39,712 bases of DNA, taken from the NCBI GenBank assembly GCA_044506585.1, contig JBIQKK010000017.1, positions 1 through 39,712 on the forward strand, read 5' to 3'. The notes beneath the pieces were generated by a model. That model did not search any database. It had not been told where the DNA came from and was given only the letters and a program-made list of their open reading frames with translations. This document shows positions 38,361 through 39,712 of the stretch, piece after piece. Position 1 is the stretch's first letter; each line of letters starts with the position of its first letter. The position numbers and the translations under genes were made by a program. Source of the DNA: Hyphomicrobiales bacterium (GTDB lineage Bacteria; Pseudomonadota; Alphaproteobacteria; Rhizobiales; Devosiaceae).

Positions 38361-39712
38361 GACAGCCCGCTGCTCGACCTTTCCGATGCCGCCGTCAAAA
38401 AGCTGATCAAGACGGCCAAGAAGCGCGGCTACGTCACCTATGAAGAGGTGAACGCGGTCCTGCCGTCCGACCAGGTGTCCCCCGACCAGATCGAGGACAT
38501 CATGTCGATGTTCTCCGAGATGGGCATCAACGTCGTCGACGAGGACGAGGTCGAGGAACCCGAGCCCGAATCCGCCGACGAAGAATCGAGCGAGATTGCG
38601 GAGCGGACCGGTACCGCCGTCGTCTCCAAATCCAACACGCGCGAAGGCTCCGATCGTACCGACGATCCGGTCCGGATGTATCTGCGCGAAATGGGCTCGG
38701 TCGAACTGCTGTCGCGCGAAGGCGAAATCGCCATCGCCAAGCGCATCGAAGCGGGCCGCGAGACGATGATCGAGGGCCTCTGCGAGAGCCCGCTGACGTT
38801 CCAGGCGATCATCATCTGGCGCGACCAGCTGGCGGCAGCCGAGATTCTGCTGCGCGACATTATCGACCTCGAAGCGACCTATGCGGGCCCCGACGCCAAG
38901 CAGGCCGCGCCGGTCGCTCCGCCCGAAGAGTATAAGCCCGCGAGTGCGGCGCAGCCGGCCAAGACCGAGGCGCCCAAGCCGGCGCCCCGCCGCGCGGCGA
39001 GCTCGGAAGACGACGACTATGTCCCCGAGGAGCCGCAGGCGCCGCAGGATCCCGTCGACGACGAGGATGACGATTTCGAGAACTCGCTGTCGCTGAGCGC
39101 GATGGAAGCCGAGCTCAAGCCGCAGGTTGTCGAAACGTTCGACCGTATCGCCGACGCGTACGGCAAGATGCGGAAGCTCCAGGACAAGCACGCGGCCGAT
39201 CGCAGCAAGCCTGTCGCCGGGGCCGAGACCAAGAAGGTCGATACGTTCCGCACGCAGGTGATTGCCGACGTCAAGTCGCTGTCGCTCAATGCCTCGCGTA
39301 TCGAAAGCCTCGTCGAGCAGCTCTACGACATCAATAAGCGCCTCGTGCGCCTCGAGGGCCGGCTGCTGCGCCTTGCCGAAAGCTACGGCATCAAGCGCGA
39401 GGAGTTCCTCGAAGCCTATTACACTCACGAACTCGACGAGAGCTGGGTGGACGACGTTGCCAAGCGCTCGAAGGCCTGGGCCGAGTTCACCAAGCGTGAG
39501 CTCGATACGATCCGCGACATCCGCGGCGAGATCAACACGCTGGCCACCGAGGCGGGGCTCGACGTCACCGAATACCGCCGCATCGTCCACAAGGTGCAGA
39601 AGGGCGAGCGCGAAGCTGCCATCGCCAAGAAGGAGATGGTCGAGGCCAACCTGCGGCTCGTGATCTCGATCGCCAAGAAGTACACGAACCGCGGCCTGCA
39701 GTTCCTGGACCT
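37647..39712 (+). CDS. rpoD: primary sigma factor RpoD (3' truncated) with a long Lys/Ala/Pro-rich N-terminal extension
   Basis: Hand translation from ATG 37647 is open into region 1.1 [21 protein letters not shown]; 1.2 [13 protein letters not shown] and 2.1-2.2 [22 protein letters not shown] follow in frame; absent from the ORF track (no stop in window). Confidence 0.97.
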   Translation, partial: MATKAPVKAAAKSAPKAAKKPAAKAEPAKKKSAPAKPTAKAAPKPAKPAKKAEPKAAAKKAVAKKPATKSAAKPKAAPKPAAKAKPVAKPVAKAKPGPKAKPAATSKAKAKPATKAKPQPKARTESKAKAEPKAKPELKLTKPKGAPKAEQPRGKGASKPADEAKAPAKAGAQKSDVKSAAKAAPGKVEPKPVKTDTATEPKAAAPIPSPKAATKAAAKGAKDDKSPAAGEKAESDSPDSPLLDLSDAAVKKLIKTAKKRGYVTYEEVNAVLPSDQVSPDQIEDIMSMFSEMGINVVDEDEVEEPEPESADEESSEIAERTGTAVVSKSNTREGSDRTDDPVRMYLREMGSVELLSREGEIAIAKRIEAGRETMIEGLCESPLTFQAIIIWRDQLAAAEILLRDIIDLEATYAGPDAKQAAPVAPPEEYKPASAAQPAKTEAPKPAPRRAASSEDDDYVPEEPQAPQDPVDDEDDDFENSLSLSAMEAELKPQVVETFDRIADAYGKMRKLQDKHAADRSKPVAGAETKKVDTFRTQVIADVKSLSLNASRIESLVEQLYDINKRLVRLEGRLLRLAESYGIKREEFLEAYYTHELDESWVDDVAKRSKAWAEFTKRELDTIRDIRGEINTLATEAGLDVTEYRRIVHKVQKGEREAAIAKKEMVEANLRLVISIAKKYTNRGLQFLD

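Noticed and set aside
37553-39590. Minus-strand ORFs of 288 aa (Ala/Phe/Gly-rich, membrane-like) and 469 aa
   Set aside because: Antisense mirror of the Lys/Ala/Pro repeat and of rpoD

Overview
GC-rich alphaproteobacterial chromosome segment (Hyphomicrobiales; possibly Devosia-like, which is an inference from gene order and the Rhizobiales-type CarB insertion). A housekeeping scaffold (vtlR/lsrB-trxB, greA, carB, carA, yqeY, dnaG, rpoD) is interleaved with about 30 small accessory genes. These include a sulfotransferase, a TetR/SnoaL pair, csp, an EEP hydrolase, TauE, a PAS-GGDEF protein, a PhyH dioxygenase, an AAA ATPase, a TPR-methyltransferase, ClpS2, an AKR, EamA, a frameshifted GNAT, an ABC exporter, Cfa, YpfJ, an EF-hand protein, two tandem MFS pumps, HdeD and three Tad pseudopilins. 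I saw no rRNA, tRNA, CRISPR array, transposase or integrase. The best leads are absent from the ORF track. (1) A near-leaderless 12-codon uORF (MMMIRSAVFLLA) whose start region can base-pair with the ribosome-binding site of the downstream PhyH dioxygenase, a candidate translational attenuator. (2) An RpoD with a 238-aa histone-H1-like Lys/Ala/Pro N-terminal extension. (3) A 23-nt promoter/start-site motif shared by the separated carA and carB genes. (4) A GraL-like promoter-terminator leader before greA. (5) An orphan LiuR-type palindrome in a structured intergenic region. (6) A perfect DnaA box in the putative dnaG promoter. All calls are by-eye motif recognition; no database searches were run.
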